DNA of 31,226 bases from the NCBI GenBank assembly GCA_025059595.1, contig JANXDI010000009.1, positions 1 through 31,226 on the forward strand, read 5' to 3'. Both the position numbers and the translations under genes were made by a program. This document shows, piece by piece, positions 5,363 through 14,845 of the stretch (positions are counted from its first letter, which is position 1; each line of letters opens with the position of its first letter). Source of the DNA: Candidatus Calditenuaceae archaeon (GTDB taxonomy: Archaea > Thermoproteota > Nitrososphaeria_A > Caldarchaeales > Calditenuaceae). Under the pieces are notes generated by a model. It searched no databases and was not told the origin of the DNA. It saw nothing but the letters and a program-made list of their open reading frames with translations.

Positions 5363-7015
5363 ATGTCAGAGCCGAAAAAAATGAATAGAAGGGCTATCCT
5401 GGGTACCGTTGCCGGTGTTATAGGCGGGCTGGCAGTTGGGGCCGTGGTTGGGTGGACTGCGAAGCCTGCGGAAGTAGGGCCAGTTGCGAGGACAGAAACC
5501 GTTACACAAACGGCGATTAGGACACAGACAGTTACAGCTCCACAAACAGTAACGAGGACCTTAACAGTTACGGGCACTCTACCTCAAGTCGGATTACCTG
5601 ATCGGTTTGACGGTGTCGAAGTTACCGTAATGACGCAGCCTTGGAACATGTGCCCTGTTAAACATCACAGAACCAACTGGGAGGCCACGACACGCGGAGT
5701 AGTCCGGATGATTGAGTTTCCCTATGCTGAATTGCGTCCTAAAGCGATGGACGATTTTCTAGCTAAGGCCGGCACTTACGACATACTTATTTTCCCAGGC
5801 GGCTTAATGGGCGATTATGCCGGAGGAGGCCATCTCGAAAACCTTGACCCATGGATTGAAAGGTATGGATTCCCGGCGCTAGAAGACCTACTACCGGCCA
5901 CGAGAAAGGTAGCTGAGTGGGGGGGAAATCTCTATGCAGTTCCATACGATGGAGACTGCCATATGCTTTATTATAGGAAAGATGTTATGCTCAATCCAGA
6001 ATACCAGCGACGATTTAGGGAGGAATATGGATACCCAATGCCTGTGCCTCCTAAGACTTGGGAGGAAGTTCTTGATGTTGCAAAATTCTTTAACGGCTGG
6101 GATTGGGATAAGGAACGGCCTGGTGAGACAAAATATGGTATTGCATTCATAGCAAAGCGAGGTACGCAAGCCCAGTGGACGTTACTCGACCTTATAGCCC
6201 AGTATAACGTGATCCCTGGCACACCGACGAGATATGCTGGTCACATGTTCTTCGACCCTGTAACCATGACCCCCCTTTTGAATGAGCCCGGAGCCGTCGA
6301 GGCTTTGAAGATGCTACTGGAGCTAAAGAACTATGCCCCGCCTGGATTACTCGGATATGGATTCGCAGAGTTCAGAGACGCATACGTGAAGGGTGGTGTG
6401 GCAGTTCTTGGAATAGACTGGGGAGATGTCGGAATCATGGAGTTTATGGATCCGGCCTCTGTGGTTAAGGGGAAACTGGGATATGCCCCATTACCGGGCG
6501 CATCCAAGGTATGGGATAGACAGCGTGGCCGCTGGATAAATAAGTATAATCAGAATGACTACGGAGACTTCGGAGGCTGGGTTATGGCAATATCAGCATA
6601 CTCCAAAAAGAAGGAGGCCGCATTTCATCTCCTTAGATACTTGAACGACCCAGCTCAAAGCATTCTTGATGCGACTGGTACAATAGGCTGCTGGGGCAGT
6701 AACCCCTACAGATACAGCCACTTTGACCTCGAAAAGTGGGTCGCCGTAGGATTTGCTGAAGATTCAGCGAGAGAATATCTAGCTGTGATACAAAAAATCT
6801 TAAGTAATCCACTCCACCTAATCGATCTGAAGATACCCGGTAGGGACGAATATTATGACAAGCTTGACGCTCACCTCGCTAAGGCATTTATCGGAGAGGA
6901 AACCCCAGAACAAGCTATGAGAGCGGTTTATGATGAGTGGGAGCAAGTTACGGAATCACTCGGAAGAGAAAGACAGAGGAGACTCTACATAGAGTCACTG
7001 AACATAAGAGTTTAG
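5363..7015 (+). CDS. ABC transporter substrate-binding protein (family 1, carbohydrate type), N-terminally membrane-anchored.
   Basis: The N-terminus is MSEPKKMNRRAILGTVAGVIGGLAVGAVVGW (a TM anchor). A T/V/Q-rich linker follows (TETVTQTAIRTQTVTAPQTVTRTLTVTG), then a large periplasmic-binding-protein-like body. Two permease genes follow directly. The TATA spacing favours 5363 over the track start at 5300 (TTG) or the ATG at 5381. Confidence 0.8.
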   Translation: MSEPKKMNRRAILGTVAGVIGGLAVGAVVGWTAKPAEVGPVARTETVTQTAIRTQTVTAPQTVTRTLTVTGTLPQVGLPDRFDGVEVTVMTQPWNMCPVKHHRTNWEATTRGVVRMIEFPYAELRPKAMDDFLAKAGTYDILIFPGGLMGDYAGGGHLENLDPWIERYGFPALEDLLPATRKVAEWGGNLYAVPYDGDCHMLYYRKDVMLNPEYQRRFREEYGYPMPVPPKTWEEVLDVAKFFNGWDWDKERPGETKYGIAFIAKRGTQAQWTLLDLIAQYNVIPGTPTRYAGHMFFDPVTMTPLLNEPGAVEALKMLLELKNYAPPGLLGYGFAEFRDAYVKGGVAVLGIDWGDVGIMEFMDPASVVKGKLGYAPLPGASKVWDRQRGRWINKYNQNDYGDFGGWVMAISAYSKKKEAAFHLLRYLNDPAQSILDATGTIGCWGSNPYRYSHFDLEKWVAVGFAEDSAREYLAVIQKILSNPLHLIDLKIPGRDEYYDKLDAHLAKAFIGEETPEQAMRAVYDEWEQVTESLGRERQRRLYIESLNIRV

Positions 7016-7052
7016 TATAAGATTTTTCCTTTTTATGATATGGTGATAAAGT

Positions 7053-7913
7053 TTGACATCACCAATTAAATGGTTATTTTTACTACCAGCTATAATATAC
7101 CTTGTTGCATTAACAATGTTCCCTCTGGCTTGGTCTTTAAGCCTCGCATTCATGGACTGGAAATTAACTAAAGCATCAGATCCTCAGTTTGTTGGGCTCG
7201 ATAATTTCATCAGACTTTTTACTAAAGATGCGAGGTTTTGGAGCGCCTTGTCTTTCACAGCATTCTATGTTACTGTCGCTGCAGCAATAGAGCTGACACT
7301 TGGCCTCATCTTGGCGGTTATACTTGCCTCAGGAATTAAAGGTGGCCGGATATTACGGGTAATTTACATCATACCGCTTGCAGTACCTCCCATAGGTGCA
7401 GCCTTTATGTGGAGAATGATGCTACAGGAGGATGTCGGAATAGTTAACGCGATTCTCACCTTTTTTGGCATTGAAAGGATACGCTGGTTCACAGACCCAT
7501 GGACAGCACGGATAGGACTTATAATGATTGATGTTTGGCAATGGACACCATTCATATTCCTCGCTCTGTTAGCGGCAATAAGAGCCTTACCGGTTGAACC
7601 ATTAGAGGCTGCAAAGGTAGACGGGGCATCAGAATTTAAGGTGCTCCAGAAGATTATCATCCCACTACTTAAGCCAGTAATAGTGACGTTAGTGTTAATA
7701 AGATGCATAGACGCATTCAAACTTTTCGACTTAGTTTATGGCGTTACTGGGGGAGGACCAGGTCTCTCAACAGAGTCTGCCTCATTTTATATTTATCTAG
7801 TAGGGAGAAGCTATTTCGACTTAGGTTACGCCTCAGCAGCATCATACATTATGTTAATTATTATGATGGCTTTATCTATCACATTGTTGTGGAGGTTGAG
7901 GAGAACTTGGTGA
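7053..7913 (+). CDS. ABC transporter permease (MalF/UgpA-like, CUT1 type).
   Basis: It has six predicted TM segments and an EAA loop, EAAKVDGASEFKVLQKIIIP. A TTG start is preceded by GGTGAT 5 nt upstream. Confidence 0.85.
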   Translation: MTSPIKWLFLLPAIIYLVALTMFPLAWSLSLAFMDWKLTKASDPQFVGLDNFIRLFTKDARFWSALSFTAFYVTVAAAIELTLGLILAVILASGIKGGRILRVIYIIPLAVPPIGAAFMWRMMLQEDVGIVNAILTFFGIERIRWFTDPWTARIGLIMIDVWQWTPFIFLALLAAIRALPVEPLEAAKVDGASEFKVLQKIIIPLLKPVIVTLVLIRCIDAFKLFDLVYGVTGGGPGLSTESASFYIYLVGRSYFDLGYASAASYIMLIIMMALSITLLWRLRRTW

Positions 7914-8770
7914 GTAACAGTCGAATCAGAGTCATAACTATGCAAGCACTCAAAAAAACCTTACTAATATTAATTTTTGCGGTATTCACATTTTGGACAT
8001 CCTTTCCACTTATTTGGATGATAATAACATCTATAAAACCAAGAGCCGACATCTATAAACTTGACTTTGTTCCATTTTATCAATTTGTCCCGACACTAGA
8101 ACATTGGAGGAACATTATTTTTAGCGATAGCTTTCAACGTGCGTTTGTTAATGGACTAATCGTAGCCTCCTTAAGTGCGCTCTTTGCCCTACTGTTAGGT
8201 TCACTGGCTGGTTATGGATTGGCGAGGTTTCAGTTCCAAAGATGGAAAAACAAGGATATAGCTACTTGGATCTTGTCTCAAAGGATGTTGCCGCCAGTCG
8301 CGGTGCTTATACCATTCTTCTTATTCATGCGATTCGTTAACCTCATCGATACAGTATTTGGCATAATTCTCGCGCATGTCGTGTTTAACTTACCCCTATC
8401 TGTATGGCTTATGCTGGACTTCTTTAAAGGATTACCACCAGAGGTCGAGGAGGCTTCACAAGTAGACGGATGCTCACCCCTTCAGACATTTTTCAGAATA
8501 GCATTGCCTATTGCGCTCCCGGGAATGGCGGCTGTTTATGCTCTTTGCTTCATTTTTTCTTGGAACGAGCTTATGTTTATGGTAGCCCTTAGCTACGACA
8601 AGGCCTATACGATACCGGTCCAAGTTGCCTCTACACTCGCTTTTCAACAGATGGAGTGGTGGAACTTAGCTGTCTATGTCACGATAGCAGTAATTCCACC
8701 ATTAATCTTGACACTGATGTTTGAGAGATATATCATAAGAGCGTTAACATTGGGTGCGGTAAAGGCTTGA
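7910..8770 (+). CDS. ABC transporter permease (MalG/UgpE-like, CUT1 type).
   Basis: The EAA loop is EEASQVDGCSPLQTFFRIALP. The GTG at 7910 overlaps the upstream stop (GTGA), and GGAGGT/GAGGAG lie upstream of it. An alternative ATG lies at 7940. The track start at 7703 is an over-extension into the upstream gene. Confidence 0.85.
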   Translation: MSNSRIRVITMQALKKTLLILIFAVFTFWTSFPLIWMIITSIKPRADIYKLDFVPFYQFVPTLEHWRNIIFSDSFQRAFVNGLIVASLSALFALLLGSLAGYGLARFQFQRWKNKDIATWILSQRMLPPVAVLIPFFLFMRFVNLIDTVFGIILAHVVFNLPLSVWLMLDFFKGLPPEVEEASQVDGCSPLQTFFRIALPIALPGMAAVYALCFIFSWNELMFMVALSYDKAYTIPVQVASTLAFQQMEWWNLAVYVTIAVIPPLILTLMFERYIIRALTLGAVKA

Positions 8771-8882
8771 ATCATGACTTGAAAAGACTATTACGTCTAA
8801 TATTCTTACCAATATAACTTTCAATGCATGATCGTGATAAACGTGACTACGTCTGAATGATTATACTCGGAGCTCCCTAATC

Positions 8883-9884
8883 TTAGACTTCGATAGGCGT
8901 GCCTTTCTCTGACGATTCCATAGCTTTAACCGCAATCTCTAACGCGCGTCTCGCGTCTTCCAACGGCACTAGCTTTGGCTGCTCACCAGATATGACGCAT
9001 TTGGCGAAGTATTCCAGCTCATCTCTGAGGGCACCCTCTGCATAGCCATCCATCTTTGGCCAGTAAGTTACATCCGGCTTGTCTACACCGCGCTTACTGT
9101 AAACTGTGAAGAACTCGCCTGGGGTGTATATGTGTATCGTCGCGTCATCAGCCATTACAGTCAGCTGAGAGTCTATGAAGTGAGGGTAACTGTCACTCAC
9201 CAAAAAGCCATTTTCGACGATTCCTAGTGCACCGTTCTTGAACCGCATAACTGTCCAAAAAATGTCCGGGAAGCGATACTCCAGCCTGCGTGCAGCAAAT
9301 CCAGACACTTGGATTACCTCCGCACCATTTATCCATCTCATTATATCAATATCATGAACTCCAGCCTGAATGGGAGGTGAAACTCTGTTTAAAAAGATGC
9401 CCGCCGCTCTTTGTCTCCCGGCTCTTCTAGCATACATTGATGCTATCTTTCCAGTCTCACCTCCTTCGTGCATTTGTTTAACCAGCCGATAACGCCTATC
9501 AAATCTCAATATATGCCCAACCATGAATATTATTCCATGCCTTTTTACTGCTTCTATAATTTTATCAGCATCATTTATCGTGGTGGCTAATGGTTTCTCG
9601 AGAAGCGCAGGCTTTCCTGCCTCTGCGGCCAATATTGTGGGCTCAACGTGGTCGTCGTCGGCAGTTGCTATCGTTACCGCGTCGACTTCATCGTCCCTTA
9701 CAAGCTTCTCTCTATCTGTAAACCATTTTTTGACACCATAAAGTCTGGCAACTTCCTCAGCCCTACTCCTCGTGCGGGAACAGACAGCCACCACGTCCAC
9801 CCCTGTAATCGTTCTCAACGCCTGAACATGCCTCTCGCCAAAATCTCCAAGACCTATAACCCCAAACCTTACAGTTCTGACCAT
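8883..9884 (-). CDS. Gfo/Idh/MocA family NAD(P)-dependent oxidoreductase.
   Basis: MVRTVRFGVIGLGDFGERHVQAL is an N-terminal Rossmann GxGxxG motif. EKPLA is the family signature, and a C-terminal alpha/beta domain follows. The likely start is the ATG at 9884, not 9926. Confidence 0.85.
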   Translation of the reverse strand: MVRTVRFGVIGLGDFGERHVQALRTITGVDVVAVCSRTRSRAEEVARLYGVKKWFTDREKLVRDDEVDAVTIATADDDHVEPTILAAEAGKPALLEKPLATTINDADKIIEAVKRHGIIFMVGHILRFDRRYRLVKQMHEGGETGKIASMYARRAGRQRAAGIFLNRVSPPIQAGVHDIDIMRWINGAEVIQVSGFAARRLEYRFPDIFWTVMRFKNGALGIVENGFLVSDSYPHFIDSQLTVMADDATIHIYTPGEFFTVYSKRGVDKPDVTYWPKMDGYAEGALRDELEYFAKCVISGEQPKLVPLEDARRALEIAVKAMESSEKGTPIEV

Positions 9885-9999
9885 CGTCACGCAATACGTT
9901 GTGGCCTCTATTAGTGTCTTAGGCATGTATAGGCTTTAATTACATTGACGGCAGGGTCTAACTAATTGAAGCTGAGTCTCCACTTTTAATAAGACTAAG

Positions 10000-10013
10000 A
10001 AAAATTTAAATAC
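10000..10013 (+). promoter_or_regulatory. TATA box of ABC cassette 2.
   Basis: The sequence is AAAAATTTAAATAC, centred about 29 nt upstream of the GTG at 10036. Confidence 0.4.
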
Positions 10014-10035
10014 GGCTATTCGACAAAATTAATTT

Positions 10036-11580
10036 GTGAGTTCCGAGACGCAAAAACTCTCCAGAAGAGCAATATTAGGAACAATAGGAGGATTAATAGG
10101 TGGGCTGGCGGTCGGCTCAGCGCTTGGCTGGACGGCTAAACCTGAGGCACCGGCCAGAACTGTTACAGTAGGCGCTGGAGAGAGAACCGTCACAGCGACT
10201 GTCACACAAGCAGGGGCAACAGTGCAAAGAACCATTACACAGACCCAGTATGTGACGGCTCAACCGAGGGAAAAGGTTCCAGTAACGGTGATTGCCTTTG
10301 CTCAAGGATTTGCGTGGCCTGAACTGTTCGGGGCAGATGGCACCATTGAGACTGACTTATTGAAGAGGGTCGAGGGGCGCGAGGCAGTAGATGTGTCGAT
10401 TGAGTGGGGTGATGAGTGGGCTGTGAGGGAGAAGGTTGCGTCAGATGTTACCGCACGGGTGGGAAAATACGATATTGTTCTTGTTGGAAGCGATGGCGCT
10501 GTCCAAGCATATGGATATGCGGGCTATCTTGAGCCTTTAGACGAGTATTTTGTGAAATATCCTCAAGACTACTTCGACCCAGAGGATGTCTACAAATCAT
10601 TCTTGGATGCAAACAGAATAGAAGGGACGCTCTACGCTTTGCCTTATTACTCTTTTGGTCCAGGGATAATTTATCGTAGAGATCTATTTGACAAATATGA
10701 TGCAGGTCTCCCGAAGGATACATGGAAGACCGACGATCTTGAAATAGCCCTTGAAAAGATAAGTGAGGGACTCAAAAGAGACGGCATCACGGACACATAC
10801 GCATTGACAATGAGGGCCGGTCCTGGAGAAGAGCCGACCCTCGACCTCGCCGGATTCATATACGCTTATGCCGGTTATCCTGCTTGGTTCGAGGGCGGGG
10901 CAATCTGGCCGGGAGAGATTAAACAGAATCAGGCAAAGCCAATATTTGATTCATCAGACTTTGAGGCTGGATTTAGAGCATTTACCAGCTGGGTGAAAAG
11001 TTTCGGACCACCCGGCGCATCTACACACACTTGGGTTGACATGATGAACATCTATGCCCAAGGAAAAGCTGCAGTACTCATGCCTTCAGCGATAAACGGT
11101 TATGCCGCATTAGGTATAACTCAAGATGACAACGTCAAAAGATACACGAAATTCATGTTGACACCATTTGGACCTGGGGGGAAGCGGATAAACAGTTACT
11201 GGACATTCTCCTTAGGCATTAACAAGTTTTCCAAGAACAAGGAAGCAGCTTGGCGGGTCTTAACATATTTGACCGGTCGAAGCTCCATGCAGGCGTTCGC
11301 GGAAAGAACAATGTGGCCTAACGTAACTATGCGCTCAGTACTCTATAGTTATCCATTAATAAAGAAGTACGGAATCGAGGAGATTGAACTCAACGAAAGA
11401 TCAGTATTGGAAAACCCAGCCATATACTTCCCATACATTCCTGAGCTCGACCTCTTTATGGACAAAATAGGCACTATGGCATCAGACGTTGTAGCGGGCT
11501 CCAAGGGGACAGACGCTGCGCTCTCAGAGCTACAGAGATGGGCTTTAGACCTCATGAGAAGCCGTGGCTATTATAGGTAA
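10036..11580 (+). CDS. ABC transporter substrate-binding protein (family 1, carbohydrate type), N-terminally anchored paralogue.
   Basis: It has the same N-terminal design as 5363-7015: SRRAILGTIGGLIGGLAVGSALGWTAKP followed by a T/V-rich linker (TVTVGAGERTVTATVTQAGATVQRTITQTQYVTAQ). Two permease genes follow. Confidence 0.8.
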   Translation: MSSETQKLSRRAILGTIGGLIGGLAVGSALGWTAKPEAPARTVTVGAGERTVTATVTQAGATVQRTITQTQYVTAQPREKVPVTVIAFAQGFAWPELFGADGTIETDLLKRVEGREAVDVSIEWGDEWAVREKVASDVTARVGKYDIVLVGSDGAVQAYGYAGYLEPLDEYFVKYPQDYFDPEDVYKSFLDANRIEGTLYALPYYSFGPGIIYRRDLFDKYDAGLPKDTWKTDDLEIALEKISEGLKRDGITDTYALTMRAGPGEEPTLDLAGFIYAYAGYPAWFEGGAIWPGEIKQNQAKPIFDSSDFEAGFRAFTSWVKSFGPPGASTHTWVDMMNIYAQGKAAVLMPSAINGYAALGITQDDNVKRYTKFMLTPFGPGGKRINSYWTFSLGINKFSKNKEAAWRVLTYLTGRSSMQAFAERTMWPNVTMRSVLYSYPLIKKYGIEEIELNERSVLENPAIYFPYIPELDLFMDKIGTMASDVVAGSKGTDAALSELQRWALDLMRSRGYYR

Positions 11581-11627
11581 ATTCTTGTTCATGCTTCATT
11601 TCAGGCTAAATATTTTTTATTGAGCAT

Positions 11628-12494
11628 TTGTATGGTGGTATTGACTTGAGAGAGGAATATAAGCTCCTCCTACCCAGCGTTGTCATACTTGCTGCTTTGG
11701 TTGCAGGACCTACATTCTATCTCTTCTACACGAGTTTTCTAAATTGGTTTTTAAGAGATCCACATGGACCCACTTTCGGCGGGCTTGATAATTATATCAA
11801 ACTTTTACAATCAGCTGATTTTAGTGCCTCATTAATCGTTACTCTCGTGTTTAGCGCGGCCTCTGTCAGTCTCTCCATCCTTATAGGCCTAGGGCTAGCA
11901 TTATTATTCAATGAGGAGTTACGGGGTAAACGCCTTATGAGAACTGTGTTGGTTATGCCTATAGTTCTTCCGCCTGTAGTGGTAGGGTTCACGTGGAAAT
12001 TTTTACTCAGCAGCGAGGTAGGGTTAATTGGAGCATATTTTATGAGGCTTATTGGCTTTGGAGATGTCAGTTTACTTGGAGAGCCGACTCTCGCGCTATT
12101 CTCCGTGATCTTAGCGGACGTATGGGGGAAGACGCCACTACCTTTCCTGATTTTCCTCGCCGGCCTAGCTGCAGTTCCCCCAATTTATTATGAATCTGCG
12201 AAAATAGACGGCGCTGGAAAGTGGCAAACATTCAAGTCTATTACGCTGCCCAATATTCGCAAACCATTAGTTGTGGCGTTAATACTTCGTACCATAGATG
12301 CATTCAACAGCTTTGATGTGATCTTCGTAATGACTAAGGGTGGGCCCGGGGTGGCCACACAAACCTTACCCATGCTTGGGTGGAAAGTGGGGTTCTATTA
12401 CTTCGATTTAGGGATGGCATCTGCGATCGGAGTTATTTTACTCGTGATGGTCATCTCCGTAAGTATGCCCTTAGTTAGAAGAATTAGTAGGTGA
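11628..12494 (+). CDS. ABC transporter permease (MalF/UgpA-like).
   Basis: It is a multi-TM protein with the EAA loop ESAKIDGAGKWQTFKSITLP. The start codon is uncertain; the candidate is a TTG at 11628. Confidence 0.85.
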   Translation: MYGGIDLREEYKLLLPSVVILAALVAGPTFYLFYTSFLNWFLRDPHGPTFGGLDNYIKLLQSADFSASLIVTLVFSAASVSLSILIGLGLALLFNEELRGKRLMRTVLVMPIVLPPVVVGFTWKFLLSSEVGLIGAYFMRLIGFGDVSLLGEPTLALFSVILADVWGKTPLPFLIFLAGLAAVPPIYYESAKIDGAGKWQTFKSITLPNIRKPLVVALILRTIDAFNSFDVIFVMTKGGPGVATQTLPMLGWKVGFYYFDLGMASAIGVILLVMVISVSMPLVRRISR

Positions 12495-12501
12495 TGATAA
12501 A

Positions 12502-13323
12502 ATGAGGAATAAATCATTTATGTCTCTTCTAATATATTCCCTTGCAATAGTGGCTGTTGGGTTAATCGTTTTTCCAATAGCCTGGTTGGTGTTGGCATCC
12601 TTCAAGACGATGCATCAGGTCTTCCAGTTGCCGCCTCAAATTATTTTCGAACCGACTTTCGATAATTATCGGAGGCTCTTTTTCGGTGGCCAGTTACTTA
12701 ATGCCTTCTTTAATAGCCTTGCGGTCTCTATAGCTATCGTGGTGCTATCGCTGATTCTGGGCGTTCCTGCCGCGTACTCTTTATCTACATTAAAGAATAG
12801 GGTAGGTAATAACATAAGTTTTTGGATTCTTTCTATAAGGATGGCACCTGCCTTCGCGGTGATAATTCCTTACTTTATTATCATGTATTATGCAAGACTC
12901 ATCGACACTATATGGGCAGTTATTATCACCTACCTGACTTTTGCAGTTCCTTTCCAGACTTGGTTATTAAAGGTAACTTTTGAGGAGCTACCACGAGAGC
13001 TTGAAGAAGCGGCCCTGATAGATGGCGCCAACAAGACAGCGGCCCTCTTTAGGGTGGTGCTACCTAATGCCGCACCAATGATCGCGTCTGCAAGTATCTT
13101 GACGTTTGTACTAGCTTGGAATGAGTTTCTGATGGCTTTTATTCTCACCTCTAGGGATGCACGCACCGTGCCGGTTTTGATCACCGCCCTTTCAGGTACA
13201 CATAGGCTCGACTGGCCCATTATGGCTGCAATATCTACGGTGTCTATGTTGCCGGCATTCGCTTTCATAACGTTTGTGCAGAGATATTTGATCAAGGGGC
13301 TAACGATGGGCGCGGTAAAGTAG
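12502..13323 (+). CDS. ABC transporter permease (MalG/UgpE-like).
   Basis: The EAA loop is EEAALIDGANKTAALFRVVLP. The ATG is preceded by GGTGAT 6 nt upstream. Confidence 0.85.
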   Translation: MRNKSFMSLLIYSLAIVAVGLIVFPIAWLVLASFKTMHQVFQLPPQIIFEPTFDNYRRLFFGGQLLNAFFNSLAVSIAIVVLSLILGVPAAYSLSTLKNRVGNNISFWILSIRMAPAFAVIIPYFIIMYYARLIDTIWAVIITYLTFAVPFQTWLLKVTFEELPRELEEAALIDGANKTAALFRVVLPNAAPMIASASILTFVLAWNEFLMAFILTSRDARTVPVLITALSGTHRLDWPIMAAISTVSMLPAFAFITFVQRYLIKGLTMGAVK

Positions 13324-13356
13324 ATGTCAAATGTCTACGCATAAAAATCAGTAATT

Positions 13357-14211
13357 TTGCTATATGGCCTTAAGTCAGTAGGCTCCAACTATTTTGAGGA
13401 GGGATTAAACTCTTTGATTAACGCTGGTGAAGGTTTATTTCCTTCGAATGATTTGATTGGATCCGAGTTGAGAATTACCAAAGAAATATATATGGTGGGT
13501 GATGGTAAGCGTGGTTTATCTCACCCACTCGATTGCTGCATCTACTTAGTTGATTGTGGCGGAGTGTTTGTCTTGATCGATGCTGGTGCGGGACTGAACA
13601 GCGAGCTCATCCTCGAAAATATTTTAAACGAGTCTATAGCTTTAGAAAAAGTAAAGTATCTGCTCCTAACACATGCACATTCTGATCATGCAGGTGGTGT
13701 GAGGTATCTTCAGGAAAATTTGAGTGTTGAGGTTTTTGCCCCGATTGTGGAGGCTGAGTTGATGGCTTTTGGTAGTGATGAGGAGCTCGGACTAAACATG
13801 GCCCGCGGCGTAATATATCCGCTAAACTATAATTATATTCATTCTAAAGCGGATAGAGTTTTGGTTGATGGTGAAGAGGTTCAGATTGGAGGGAAGACTT
13901 TGAGGTTGATTCAGGTCCCAGGACACTCACCCGGCTCTTCGTGCCTTTTAATTAGAGAAGATAACGTTCTCTTCTCTGGCGATGTTGTTTTTCACGGTGG
14001 GACTATAGGCCTTGGCAACTGGCCTGGATGTAGCCTCGACGAGTATAGAAGGAATATTGGGAAACTGGGGAATCTTGGTGTCAGGATGCTTTTCCCCGGG
14101 CATTTCCTTTTTACATTAAGGGATGGGCAGAAGCATATTGACACCGCTATAGACAATTTGAAGAAACCTTGGGTTCCTCCCGCGTGGCAGCATAACCACC
14201 CCCACTATTAA
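13357..14211 (+). CDS. MBL-fold metallo-hydrolase.
   Basis: LLLTHAHSDHAGG is the HxHxDH motif, and a later VPGHSPGS supplies a further His ligand. The start is uncertain: a TTG at 13357, with several other in-frame candidates before the domain begins near residue 40. Confidence 0.8.
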   Translation: MLYGLKSVGSNYFEEGLNSLINAGEGLFPSNDLIGSELRITKEIYMVGDGKRGLSHPLDCCIYLVDCGGVFVLIDAGAGLNSELILENILNESIALEKVKYLLLTHAHSDHAGGVRYLQENLSVEVFAPIVEAELMAFGSDEELGLNMARGVIYPLNYNYIHSKADRVLVDGEEVQIGGKTLRLIQVPGHSPGSSCLLIREDNVLFSGDVVFHGGTIGLGNWPGCSLDEYRRNIGKLGNLGVRMLFPGHFLFTLRDGQKHIDTAIDNLKKPWVPPAWQHNHPHY

Positions 14212-14231
14212 AGTGGGATCATTTTTCTGTG

Positions 14232-14708
14232 TTAGAGGTAGCGTTGATGCCACTCCACCCCCTCCCAGCTCACGAGCCGCTTGGGACTTACCTTAATAAG
14301 ATATCTAGGCCTATTCAATGTGGGCTTAAGATATTCAGGCCCCTTATCCCCCAGATATCTGAGCGCCATCTTATTAGCAATATCCACCCACCGACCACCA
14401 ACGACAGGCCCCTCAACGATCTCTGCAACCCCTTCAACAAAAACCCGAGTATAGGGTGGCTCGTCCCTACTTACCTGAAGAGCCACGCGGGGGTCTCCCC
14501 TAATGTGCTCCACCCATGCCGATTTTGCACGAGCGACTAAATAAAAGTACGGCTCCTCATAGTGAAACCAAACCGGAACAATATAAGGCGACCCATCACT
14601 CTGCAACGTCGCGACTCTAGCCACATACCCCTTCGAGAGGAATTCAACTAGCTCCTCATTGGTTAAGCCACGCATCTTACCCATCCATGAAGGGTATTTC
14701 TGAGCCAT
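14232..14708 (-). CDS. Pyridoxamine 5'-phosphate oxidase (PPOX) family / split-barrel flavin-binding protein.
   Basis: GYVARVATLQSDGSPYIVPVWFHYEEPYFYLVARAKSAWVEHIRGDPRVALQV matches the typical PPOX-class pattern. Confidence 0.75.
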   Translation of the reverse strand: MAQKYPSWMGKMRGLTNEELVEFLSKGYVARVATLQSDGSPYIVPVWFHYEEPYFYLVARAKSAWVEHIRGDPRVALQVSRDEPPYTRVFVEGVAEIVEGPVVGGRWVDIANKMALRYLGDKGPEYLKPTLNRPRYLIKVSPKRLVSWEGVEWHQRYL

Positions 14709-14812
14709 TGCGCTCTAGTCTGGTGTGGACTCGTATAAAAATTTCTTAGAATTATGAGTTCCTGCGAAATCAATCTTCTTTTTGCGTTCCGAGCTACGCT
14801 GGTTGATTGATT

Positions 14813-14828
14813 AAGTTTAAATTAATTT
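14813..14828 (+). promoter_or_regulatory. TATA box of the M20 peptidase gene.
   Basis: The sequence is AAGTTTAAATTAATTT, centred about 26 nt upstream of the GTG at 14846. Confidence 0.35.
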
Positions 14829-14845
14829 GCTTTTAACGATTCTTT

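Noticed and set aside
5260-5577. A 105-aa minus-strand ORF with VTV repeats. The similar ORFs at 10029-10305 fall in the same class.
   Set aside because: These are mirror images of the Thr/Val-rich linker-encoding repeats of the two binding-protein genes. They are antisense artefacts.
7703-7909. An N-terminal extension of the second permease, giving the 355-aa track ORF.
   Set aside because: The extension overlaps the 3' end of the preceding permease gene in another frame, and its translation is not membrane-protein-like. GTG 7910 or ATG 7940 gives a normal MalG-like length.
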